Source: an uncultured Verrucomicrobiae bacterium
GTDB lineage: Bacteria; Verrucomicrobiota; Verrucomicrobiia; Limisphaerales; Palsa-1400
Assembly (NCBI GenBank): GCA_963764165.1
Contig: CAVXRD010000002.1
Span: forward strand, 288,001 to 352,000
Reading direction: 5' to 3'
Length of the DNA: 64,000 nt
Shown: positions 20,772 to 29,325 of the stretch, in pieces
How positions within the stretch are numbered: position 1 is the first letter of the stretch
Layout of the letters: every line of letters begins with the position of its first letter
Made by a program: the position numbers and the translations under genes
The notes under the pieces: generated by a model
What the model was told of the DNA's origin: nothing
What the model saw: the letters and a program-made list of their open reading frames with translations, nothing else
The model's database searches: none

Positions 20772-21929
20772 TTACCCGCGATCATCCGTCTTCAGAGAAT
20801 ATTTCACCCGCGCGGAAAGAATCTTCCGGCTCGGAACGTAAGTGGCCTCAAATTCCCGCCGGTATTCCGCGAACGACCCCGCCGCGATGTGCGCCCGAAT
20901 CTCCCGCATGACGTCCAGATAGAAATGCGAGTTGTGGACGCTCAGCATCCGCAATCCCAAAATCTCGTTGACGTTGAGCAGGTGGCGCAGATACGAGCGG
21001 GTGAAATTCTTGCAGGCGAAACAGGTGCAGCCAACTTCGATTGGTCCGAAATCCGCCTTCACCGCGCCGCCTTTGATATTCGTCGCGCCTTTTCGCGTAA
21101 ACGCCGTGCCGTTCCGGGCGACGCGCGTCGGAAGAACGCAATCGAACATATCCACGCCGCGCGCAACCAACTCCACCAATTGCGCGGGAGTTCCAAGACC
21201 CATCGCGTAACGCGCTTTGTGGGCCGGCAGAAACGGCTCGGCCAGTTCGACCGCCTTCATCATCTCGTGCTCCGGTTCGCCGACGCTGACGCCGCCGATG
21301 GCATAGCCGTCGAAATCCATCGCTGTCAATTCGCGGGCGCACCGCTCGCGCAACTCCGGGTCCACCCCGCCCTGCGCGATGCCGAACACCATCTGCCCCG
21401 CCGCGCGTGGCTGCTCACGGCATTCGCGAGCCCAGGCGATGGTGCGTTTGACAGCGTCGGCGGCGACTTTCGGTGTGGCGTCGTGCGGCGGGCATTCGTC
21501 GAAAACCATCGCAATGTCCGAACCAAGGGTCGCCTGAATCGCCATCGATTCCTTGGGCCCAAGAAACAATTTGCTGCCGTCCAGATGCGAACGAAATTCC
21601 ACGCCGTGCTCGTGAATCTTCCGAATCCTGGCCAGGCTGAAAACTTGAAAGCCGCCGCTGTCGGTCAAAATAGGAAGCTGCCAATTCATGAACTTGTGCA
21701 GTCCGCCCGCCGCCTGGATGATCTCCATGCCCGGACGAATGCTCAAATGGTAGGTATTGCCAAGGAGGATTTGCGTGCCCATCTCGATCAATTCCCGCGG
21801 ATCAAGCGCCTTCACGCTGGCTTGCGTGCCAACGGGCATGAAGACGGGCGTCTCGATCACGCCGCGCGTCGTCGTCAAACGGCCAAGGCGCGCGCGCGAA
21901 GAGGAGTCGGTTTTCAACAATTCAAACAT
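20772..21929 (-). CDS. tgt: tRNA-guanine(34) transglycosylase (queuine tRNA-ribosyltransferase)
   Basis: TPVFMPVGT, LGNTYHL, LTDSGGFQVFSL, GVDMFDCVLPTR, CTCFAC zinc site. Confidence 0.97.
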   Translation of the reverse strand: MFELLKTDSSSRARLGRLTTTRGVIETPVFMPVGTQASVKALDPRELIEMGTQILLGNTYHLSIRPGMEIIQAAGGLHKFMNWQLPILTDSGGFQVFSLARIRKIHEHGVEFRSHLDGSKLFLGPKESMAIQATLGSDIAMVFDECPPHDATPKVAADAVKRTIAWARECREQPRAAGQMVFGIAQGGVDPELRERCARELTAMDFDGYAIGGVSVGEPEHEMMKAVELAEPFLPAHKARYAMGLGTPAQLVELVARGVDMFDCVLPTRVARNGTAFTRKGATNIKGGAVKADFGPIEVGCTCFACKNFTRSYLRHLLNVNEILGLRMLSVHNSHFYLDVMREIRAHIAAGSFAEYRREFEATYVPSRKILSARVKYSLKTDDRG

Positions 21930-22297
21930 TCGCCGCATTCTGCGTTGGCCCCTCCACCGATTGAAGCACAAATTATTTCTGGCTGGAGAAAGGGCGCAAA
22001 GCAGATTTTATATGCTCATTTGCCCGCCAACAACGTATTTGCTCCCTCCGTGCCGCTGGCGCAGATTTGGTTTACTTGGATTTGAATCGCACTGGGGACG
22101 AATGCTGGGCTTCAATGCCCGCGTGTCAATTTTAGAAACGCGGTTGTTATGTGTCCACAAAAATGGAAAAGCCCCGCTTATCGGAAACAATCGGGCCTCA
22201 TTTTCGGCAACACCTGCTTTTGAGTTACGGCGTCGGAAAGGGGCAAATGTGCTTTTAATGTAGTCAGCCGCCCTCGCCTGCGTTATCCCATGAGCCA

Positions 22298-23365
22298 ATG
22301 GCTGGAAATCACAACGCGCCATCCTTTCTCGAACGAACGCGCGCCGCGGAAAAAATTCTCGTGGTCGATTTCGGGTTTCTCGGAGATTCCGTCCATCTCA
22401 TTCCAGCTTTGTGGGAGATCAAACGCAATTATCCCCGAGCGGAGCTGCACACGTTATCCGCGACGGTGGGCGCGGAAGTGCTGGCGCTTGCGCCGTGCGT
22501 GGATCGCGCGTGGGCGTTTCCGCTGACCGCGAAAAGCCCGCCGTTTTGGAAACATTGGGATATTCTAATGGCTTTGCGACGGGAGAAATTCGATGTGGTG
22601 TTCAATTTTTCAGGATCGGATCGCAGCATTTTTGCGACGGCATTCGTTGGCGCCCCTTGGACACTCGGCTACGAGGCGGGCCGCCGCCACTTCTGGAACA
22701 AGTGGATCATTAGGGACTGGGTGCCGCGAGGTTCGCGGGAAATTCCAATCGCTGAACAGCGGCGGCAAGTCCTGGCCGCGCGCGGATTTGAATTGCAGCC
22801 GACACGTTATGATTTGTCCATCCCGCCCGATGCAACCCAATGGGCGCAAGCGGCTGTACCAGAGAATTCCGTTCATATCTCCATCAACGCCAGCACGCCG
22901 CTTAAGGAATGGCCGTTGGAACATTGGGCGGAAATGGCCACGAGCATCCTCGACTCCGAAGACAATCTCCACATCATCGCCACCGCGAGCAGAAACCCGC
23001 GCGAGCAAATGCGCCTCGATGCCTTGTTTAAAGTTCTAAGAAACTCACGCCTTATCTGCCTCAGCAAGCCGACCATTGCTCAACTCGCGGCCATCTTGCA
23101 ACAATGCCGATTGCAAATCGGCGGTGATTCAGGCGTGTTGCATTTAGCGGTTGCGCTGGGGCTGCCGGCATTGGGAATCCTGCGGGACGGTGTGGGTTTG
23201 CAGGAATGGATGCCGCAAGGAGCGGAACATCGCAACTTCGTGGCGGGATGCAACTGCGCGACCCGCAGGACTGCCGAATGTTTGATGCGCGACAGCGCCG
23301 CGTGCCTGGCCACGATTTCAGCCAAGCAAGTCGCGGATGAGGCTCGGCGGATGCTTTCGGCGTAG
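22298..23365 (+). CDS. Glycosyltransferase family 9 (LPS heptosyltransferase-like)
   Basis: FLGDSVH, KEWPLEHW, IGGDSGVLHLAVALGLP. Confidence 0.9.
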   Translation: MAGNHNAPSFLERTRAAEKILVVDFGFLGDSVHLIPALWEIKRNYPRAELHTLSATVGAEVLALAPCVDRAWAFPLTAKSPPFWKHWDILMALRREKFDVVFNFSGSDRSIFATAFVGAPWTLGYEAGRRHFWNKWIIRDWVPRGSREIPIAEQRRQVLAARGFELQPTRYDLSIPPDATQWAQAAVPENSVHISINASTPLKEWPLEHWAEMATSILDSEDNLHIIATASRNPREQMRLDALFKVLRNSRLICLSKPTIAQLAAILQQCRLQIGGDSGVLHLAVALGLPALGILRDGVGLQEWMPQGAEHRNFVAGCNCATRRTAECLMRDSAACLATISAKQVADEARRMLSA

Positions 23366-23380
23366 ATAACGCTTTCGCCC

Positions 23381-23406
23381 CGGACGTCTCGGCGGGGCGT
23401 CCCTGC
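23381..23406. repeat. Single REP, family 1 (degenerate)
   Basis: CGGACGTCTCGGCGGGGCGTCCCTGC between convergent genes. Confidence 0.65.
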
Positions 23407-23410
23407 CAGG

Positions 23411-23965
23411 TTACTGACCTCCTGCCGCGATCGTTTCAATTTTCGTTTTGGCAGTAGTAAGCAATCGCTGAAAATCGTCCAAAACGTAGGCCGCAATTTG
23501 ATTATGCGTTCCGTTGGAATCGGCGCATTTGATGTTGACGACAATATTATTCCCATTGGAAATTTTGGCGACCGACATCCCGCAGCGCAGCCGGTAAACG
23601 ACCTCGAAATCGTCCATCGGCGCCGAATTGTGGTTTGCCGCCGACATGGTGGCCAATCCGTGGATCAAACCGTCAAGTTCGTCGTAGTCAATATAATCGA
23701 CGTGTGACACGGTTTTGGAGAAGCGCGTGCGAACCGCCACGGCATAGGTCGAGTTGGTGGAATGGTCGATGGACAAACGCTCAACCCGGAGATCGACTGG
23801 ATAGGTAACCTGCCCCGTTAGGGAACCGATCGGACTCATGCCCCTCACGAGCGTGGCTCCCACAGTGGAGTTATATGCGCCAAACCAGGTCGTCGGCGTG
23901 TTGGTAGTCTGGCCATGGGCGGCTGCCACGGCCAAAAATGTCAAAAGAACAGCGAGTTTTTTCAT
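23411..23965 (-). CDS. Hypothetical secreted protein
   Basis: Signal peptide MKKLAVLLTFLAVAAAHG; no recognised domain. Confidence 0.7.
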   Translation of the reverse strand: MKKLAVLLTFLAVAAAHGQTTNTPTTWFGAYNSTVGATLVRGMSPIGSLTGQVTYPVDLRVERLSIDHSTNSTYAVAVRTRFSKTVSHVDYIDYDELDGLIHGLATMSAANHNSAPMDDFEVVYRLRCGMSVAKISNGNNIVVNIKCADSNGTHNQIAAYVLDDFQRLLTTAKTKIETIAAGGQ

Positions 23966-24060
23966 AATGCGGATACCTTGCAAAACAAACGGTCAGGCAT
24001 AAAGTCGAAACACCTGCTTAAATAAATTGTTTCGGCGGGGCGTCCAAGACTGGTAACGAA

Positions 24061-25254
24061 ATGATGTCGACAATCACCCGCGCCATTCGCGTCGAGTTTC
24101 AGCACCGCGTTTATTTTACGCGGGGCTTGTTCGCGCCTTCGAATTCACTTTTGCAATCGGTGCTCGCTGTGCATGGACGGGTTGGCAAGGTGCTTATCGT
24201 GATGGACGAGGGTCTCGCGCACGCCAGACCCGCGCTGGCCAGTGAGATTGAAACCTATTTCTCCTCCGTGCGCGACCACCTGAATCTCGTGGGGCCGCCT
24301 CTGGTAATCGAGGGCGGCGAGCGGGCCAAAATGTCCTATTTTCACGTCTCAGAGATTCACTCGCAAATCGAGCGGCATCACATAGACCGCCATTCATGCG
24401 TCATGGCGATTGGCGGCGGGGCGCTGCTGGATGTCGCGGGCCTTGCGGCGGCAACGGCCCATCGCGGCGTCCGCCATGTGCGCGTGCCAACGACCGTGCT
24501 GGGCCAGAATGATTCTGGGGTTGGCGTTAAGAACGGCATCAACGCCTTCGGGAAAAAGAATTTTATCGGCACCTTCGCCCCTCCATTTGCAGTCATCAAC
24601 GATTTTGATTTTCTAGCCTGCCTGCCCGAGCGCGACAAGCGCGCCGGATACTCAGAGGCGGTCAAGGTTGCCCTGATTCGCGATGCCCCGTTCTTTGAAG
24701 TCCTGGAGCGGGATGCAGCCATGCTTCGCGCCTGCGAGCTGGAGCCCATGCAGCGGATGATTTATCGCAGCGCGGAATTGCACATTGATCATATTGCCAG
24801 CGGCGGCGATCCATTTGAGTTTGGCTCGGCCCGCCCGCTCGATTTCGGCCATTGGGCGGCCCACAAATTGGAGCAGTTGTCGGATTACCAAATCCGCCAC
24901 GGCGAGGCGGTCGCCATCGGAATCGCGCTTGATGTCATTTATTCGCGAAATGCTGGTTTGCTGGACGCTTCGTCCGCCGAGCGAGTTCTGGCCCTGCTGC
25001 AAAAGCTGGGCTTCGAGTTGTTTGCCAACGAACTTCTGCACCTCGACGCCGCGCATCAGCCGGTCGTGCTGAAGGGACTTGAGGAATTTCGCGAGCATCT
25101 CGGTGGCGAATTGACGCTGACGATGTTGCGCGGCATCGGCAAGGGTGTCGAAATTCACGAAATCAATCTGCCAAAAATGCTGGAAGCGCTGAATGAACTT
25201 CAACGCCGCTTCAGCCACAACGGCATCGTGGCCCTGCCGAAGAGCGCCCGTTAG
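24061..25254 (+). CDS. 3-dehydroquinate synthase-like sugar phosphate cyclase (EboD type)
   Basis: IGGGALLD, VPTTVLGQNDSGVGVKNG, GGDPFEFGSARPLDFGHWAAHKLE, HGEAVAIG. Confidence 0.85.
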   Translation: MMSTITRAIRVEFQHRVYFTRGLFAPSNSLLQSVLAVHGRVGKVLIVMDEGLAHARPALASEIETYFSSVRDHLNLVGPPLVIEGGERAKMSYFHVSEIHSQIERHHIDRHSCVMAIGGGALLDVAGLAAATAHRGVRHVRVPTTVLGQNDSGVGVKNGINAFGKKNFIGTFAPPFAVINDFDFLACLPERDKRAGYSEAVKVALIRDAPFFEVLERDAAMLRACELEPMQRMIYRSAELHIDHIASGGDPFEFGSARPLDFGHWAAHKLEQLSDYQIRHGEAVAIGIALDVIYSRNAGLLDASSAERVLALLQKLGFELFANELLHLDAAHQPVVLKGLEEFREHLGGELTLTMLRGIGKGVEIHEINLPKMLEALNELQRRFSHNGIVALPKSAR

Positions 25255-25294
25255 TCAGGGGCAGTCGTTAGTGTCCTAACGCCTTGGTTCAGGA

Positions 25295-25423
25295 TTACTT
25301 CCTGTTTCGCATCAATCTGTTCAGGAGCGCACAAAGGAGCACGATAGCACCCACAATCACCACGACCAAATCGAATCCATGAAGGAAATAGTCAATCGTG
25401 TTTGAAAATGAAGATGCGATCAT
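25295..25423 (-). CDS. Putative 42-aa single-pass membrane protein
   Basis: Below the ORF-track cut-off: MIASSFSNTIDYFLHGFDLVVVIVGAIVLLCALLNRLMRNRK*. Confidence 0.5.
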   Translation of the reverse strand: MIASSFSNTIDYFLHGFDLVVVIVGAIVLLCALLNRLMRNRK

Positions 25424-25519
25424 TGCTACCGTCTCTTTGAATTTTACCGATCCGATGCGAATCCGCAATTACCTACCGCTGCGCTTGCGAAAATGGGAGG
25501 CGCGATTTACATATCGTTT

Positions 25520-27046
25520 ATGAAAACACCCGCTGCCGCCGTTGCGTTTTTGTCCGCCGCGATTATTTCGCCGCATTCCGTGGCACACGCGCAGGATTCC
25601 GCGGCGCGCTCGCTGGGGCCTTTCACTTTTCAATCGGACATTGGCATTATTCGTCATGCGGGCGACGCATCATTTGATCCCGTCCGCTCCTCGTTCGTGG
25701 TGAGCGGAAGCGGGGCCAATATGTGGTTCACCAACGACGCGTTCCATTTCGTTTGGAAACAGGTCTCGGGCAATGTCTCCTTGAATGCGGATATTCATTT
25801 TGTTGATAAGGCCGGTGTCGACCATCGCAAGGCGTGCCTGGTCATCCGCCAATCCCTCGAGCCCGGGTCGGCCTATGTCGATGCAGCCGTCCACGCGAGT
25901 GGATTGACCTCGCTCCAATACCGCGACGGCGACGGCGAAACAACGCACGAAATCCAACTCGGCTCCGGCGCTCCGGCGCGATTGGGATTGCAGAAGCGTG
26001 GCGATTATTTCTATTTGACGTCTGGAGGCCCTGACAACCCGTTGGAACCCACCGGCGCATCGATTCGCGTGGCGATGAAAGAGCCGTTCTACGTAGGGCT
26101 CGGGGTCTGTTCGCACGACGCGGATGCCGTGGCCAAAGCAGAGTTTGATCACGTTCAGTTGACCGCGCTTGCGCCTGTGACGGGACAGCCAGTTTACGGT
26201 GGAAGCTCTCTGGAAGTGGTGCCGCTCGGATCGAAAGACCGCCGGATCATCTACCAAACGAACGAACTTTTCGAGGCTCCTAATTGGACGCGCGACGGAA
26301 AGAATTTCATCTTTAACAGCCATGGCCATCTTTACAAATTGCCGGTCAAGGGAGGGCAGCCGGAGTTGATCGACACCGGTTTCGCCGTCCACTGCAACAA
26401 CGACCACGGCATTTCGCCGGACGGCACGCAACTGGCAATCAGCGATCAAACGAAAACCGGCAAATCGCTCGTCTACATTCTTCCGTTGACGGGAGGCGCG
26501 CCAAAACTCGTCACGGCGGATGGCCCTTCCTATTGGCACGGATGGTCTCCCGACGGATCGACACTGGCTTTTTGCGGCGAGCGAAAAGGAGAATTCGATG
26601 TCTATAGCATTCCCGCGGCGGGCGGCGAAGAGACACGTTTGACGACAGCTCCCGGACTTGACGACGGGCCGGATTTTTCGCCGGATGGGAAGTTCATTTA
26701 TTTCAATTCCGTCCGCTCCGGCCACATGCAAATCTGGCGGATGAAAGCAGATGGAAGTGAGCAAACACAACTCACCAGCGACGATAACAACAACTGGTTC
26801 GCCCACCCTTCGCCGGATGGAAAGTGGATCGCGTTCCTTAGCTTCGGGCCGACCGTCACGGGACATCCAGCCAACGAGGATGTTGGATTGCGCCTCATGC
26901 CTGCCAATGGTGGGAAAATCGAGACGCTAGCGAAATTATTTGGAGGACAAGGGACCATCAATGTTCCATCGTGGTCGCCCGATAGCAAAGAGATTGCTTT
27001 TGTAAGTTATCTGCCGAAGTTCTCGCAAGAAGCTGGGAGACAATGA
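25520..27046 (+). CDS. TolB-like beta-propeller (PD40 repeat) secreted protein with N-terminal beta-sandwich domain
   Basis: EAPNW, NNDHGISPDG, WHGWSPDG, DDGPDFSPDG, WFAHPSPDG, GGQGTINVPSWSPD. Confidence 0.85.
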   Translation: MKTPAAAVAFLSAAIISPHSVAHAQDSAARSLGPFTFQSDIGIIRHAGDASFDPVRSSFVVSGSGANMWFTNDAFHFVWKQVSGNVSLNADIHFVDKAGVDHRKACLVIRQSLEPGSAYVDAAVHASGLTSLQYRDGDGETTHEIQLGSGAPARLGLQKRGDYFYLTSGGPDNPLEPTGASIRVAMKEPFYVGLGVCSHDADAVAKAEFDHVQLTALAPVTGQPVYGGSSLEVVPLGSKDRRIIYQTNELFEAPNWTRDGKNFIFNSHGHLYKLPVKGGQPELIDTGFAVHCNNDHGISPDGTQLAISDQTKTGKSLVYILPLTGGAPKLVTADGPSYWHGWSPDGSTLAFCGERKGEFDVYSIPAAGGEETRLTTAPGLDDGPDFSPDGKFIYFNSVRSGHMQIWRMKADGSEQTQLTSDDNNNWFAHPSPDGKWIAFLSFGPTVTGHPANEDVGLRLMPANGGKIETLAKLFGGQGTINVPSWSPDSKEIAFVSYLPKFSQEAGRQ

Positions 27047-27118
27047 ACGTGTTCGCAGTCTACTCTGTCCTCAGTAGCTTTAGCGGAGGAGCATTGCGCG
27101 GGAACAACGCCTTCCGCC

Positions 27119-27143
27119 CGGACGCCTCGGCGAGGCGTCCTAC
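27119..27143. repeat. Single REP, family 1
   Basis: CGGACGCCTCGGCGAGGCGTCCTAC. Confidence 0.75.
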
Positions 27144-27147
27144 CTCA

Positions 27148-29121
27148 CTACGGCTTGGTGTCGTTGAAATAATCCTTCACCGCGCCTTGGTAGGCGCGGG
27201 GAACTTGATCTTGATTCAACGCAGCGCGCGCATCGGATTGAGCACCGGTGGCCGCTTCCGAATAGCTGACGGAACTCTTCCCTTTGATGCTGACACCCTT
27301 GAGGGTAATACTCGGCATTGGCGAACCCGGCGTGATCTGGCCGTGCAGCTTCGTAGGTGAAAGATTTTCGGCCAATTGAGGATCGCCGCGATCGGTCAAA
27401 CCTTTGGCATCGCGATCCGGGCGGTTCACGCCGGAATTGTCCCAAGTGCTGCTCATCTCAGGGTACAACTGCGAATTATCATCGGTCCAAGTGCCTACTC
27501 CGCCTCGCCCCGGATTCTTTCCAGCATTCAGGCAATGGCCGGCAGCCATGCACTTTCCAGAGCAATCCCCACAGTGGGGGCACTGACCAAAAGCCGTGTG
27601 CGTCGCGAGCGCGGACTCCGCCTTGGCCAGCGCGTCTAATGAACCTTGCAGGGCCTTTGCGTCAGCCAAGTCGGCTTGAACTTTTTCAAGCTCCTTCGCC
27701 GCCGCAGCCAGCGATGCGGCAGCACTGGGTTTGTCGCCGCCGCGCAATTTCTGGGCTGCGTCGTGCAAATGTTTTGCAGTTTCACCGTAGGGCGATGCGG
27801 GCTGAACCGAGCGCGACACCTCATCCAGCATCTTGGCCGCTTCCTCGGAAGTCAACTTGCCGGACTTGATTTTTTCAATCATCTTGGTGAGCGATGCCTG
27901 GGCCAAATCGGGCTGGCCGAATTTCAACTGCTCCGGCAAATCCTTGCCTTCGCGATCGGCCTGCTCCTGCATCTTCTGCAATTCCTTGGTCATCTGCTGC
28001 GTTTTTTCCAAATCCTGCGTGGCCAAATCCATGTCCTTTTGGAAATTCTCCATTTTGCTGTTCTGCAACGCGTTGATGGCGTCATCCAAGTTCGGGAGCA
28101 TCGCGCCCAATTGATGGGCCTGATCCGCCAATTCGGACATGCTTTGCGCGAGTCTCTGGCGTTCGGCGGCGGCGGCGGGCGAATTGTCCTTCGGCAAACC
28201 GGCGGCGGCTTTTTGCAATTCCTGCATTTTCTCGCCAAGCTTTTCCATGGCCTCGGGACTGTCAGCGGCATTGCCAAGCGCCTTTTGCAAAGCATCCATT
28301 TGCTTTTGGCTGGCGGCGCTGCTGCTGGCGGCGTTTTCGGCTTTCTGCTCGTGGGCGGCGCGTTCGAGGGCCTTCATATCTGGAGTCTTTTTGCCCAGAT
28401 CCGCCAATTGCTGCTTTAGCTTGTCGGTGACACTGGACAGGTCTTTCAGCGCGTCGTTCCGAGTCAGCACGCCCTTCTCCAGCTTCATTCCAATGTCTTC
28501 GCCACCTTCGACAGCCTTGCGGGCGGGTTCGATGACATTCGGACGCTGTTCCAAGGATTGATGCGTGATCTCGACAATATGCTTGCCGATGTCTTTAAGA
28601 ACCTGCGCCTCCTGCTGCTTAGCGACGTAAGTCTTGCTGCGGTACTCCGGCACAAATCCCAAGCCGGCGCCCAGCGCCAAGGCGAGCAGCGCCCAATGGC
28701 TCACGCACGGCAGCTTTAACGGAAAAACTTTGCGGGGATCCAATTTGGCGGCGAATTTGGCCGCGTCGGAAACCAGCAGCGAACGCCAATCGTTGGTGTG
28801 TCCATCCGGGGCAAATTCCAAAGCGGTGGTCAGGCGTTCCTCAAGATTCTGGCGGTCATCAAGGCAGCGAGCGGTTTGGCGCATCGTTGTTTTCTGAAAC
28901 CAGCCGCGTGCAAATCCCACGAGCACGCAAATTCCAGCGACTCCAGCCGCAGTAGTAGGAACGATGAATGGAACCGGAGCGAGTTTGTAAACAGCAAGGG
29001 CGACCAGCCAGATAACCGCGCCGACGGCGAGACCTTGCCACAGACCATTCCACGCCCGTTGCCAACGACGACGCCGTGAAGCGCGCGCCAAAACCGATTG
29101 GATGGCCTCGATATCGCTCAT
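27148..29121 (-). CDS. Membrane-anchored coiled-coil protein (DUF4175-like, of the type that accompanies MoxR-vWA loci)
   Basis: N-terminal TMs, LEERLTTALE, long Gln/Lys/Glu coiled coil, C-terminal VPRAYQGAVKDYF. Confidence 0.75.
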   Translation of the reverse strand: MSDIEAIQSVLARASRRRRWQRAWNGLWQGLAVGAVIWLVALAVYKLAPVPFIVPTTAAGVAGICVLVGFARGWFQKTTMRQTARCLDDRQNLEERLTTALEFAPDGHTNDWRSLLVSDAAKFAAKLDPRKVFPLKLPCVSHWALLALALGAGLGFVPEYRSKTYVAKQQEAQVLKDIGKHIVEITHQSLEQRPNVIEPARKAVEGGEDIGMKLEKGVLTRNDALKDLSSVTDKLKQQLADLGKKTPDMKALERAAHEQKAENAASSSAASQKQMDALQKALGNAADSPEAMEKLGEKMQELQKAAAGLPKDNSPAAAAERQRLAQSMSELADQAHQLGAMLPNLDDAINALQNSKMENFQKDMDLATQDLEKTQQMTKELQKMQEQADREGKDLPEQLKFGQPDLAQASLTKMIEKIKSGKLTSEEAAKMLDEVSRSVQPASPYGETAKHLHDAAQKLRGGDKPSAAASLAAAAKELEKVQADLADAKALQGSLDALAKAESALATHTAFGQCPHCGDCSGKCMAAGHCLNAGKNPGRGGVGTWTDDNSQLYPEMSSTWDNSGVNRPDRDAKGLTDRGDPQLAENLSPTKLHGQITPGSPMPSITLKGVSIKGKSSVSYSEAATGAQSDARAALNQDQVPRAYQGAVKDYFNDTKP

Positions 29122-29182
29122 TCTGCTGACAACCATGCACCAAACCCGTGCAAAGTGCCAGCTTAAAATCAATCAAATATTG

Positions 29183-29281
29183 GGTAGGGCGAGACTCTGT
29201 CGAGCCCTAACTGGATTATGACAGAGGATGCGGAAGGCGCACACAAGATCCAAAATGGGCTCGACAGAGTCTCGCCCTACC
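29183..29281. repeat. REP doublet, family 2
   Basis: Perfect 25-bp inverted repeat GGTAGGGCGAGACTCTGTCGAGCCC ... GGGCTCGACAGAGTCTCGCCCTACC. Confidence 0.9.
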
Positions 29282-29325
29282 GAGATGGGTGGGAGCATTT
29301 TTTTTGCGCTCCCGTCTAACTCGTT

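Noticed and set aside
21930..22297. Long tgt/GT9 divergent spacer as a possible ncRNA or riboswitch (for example preQ1)
   Set aside because: No recognisable consensus or convincing structure by eye; an Rfam scan would be needed
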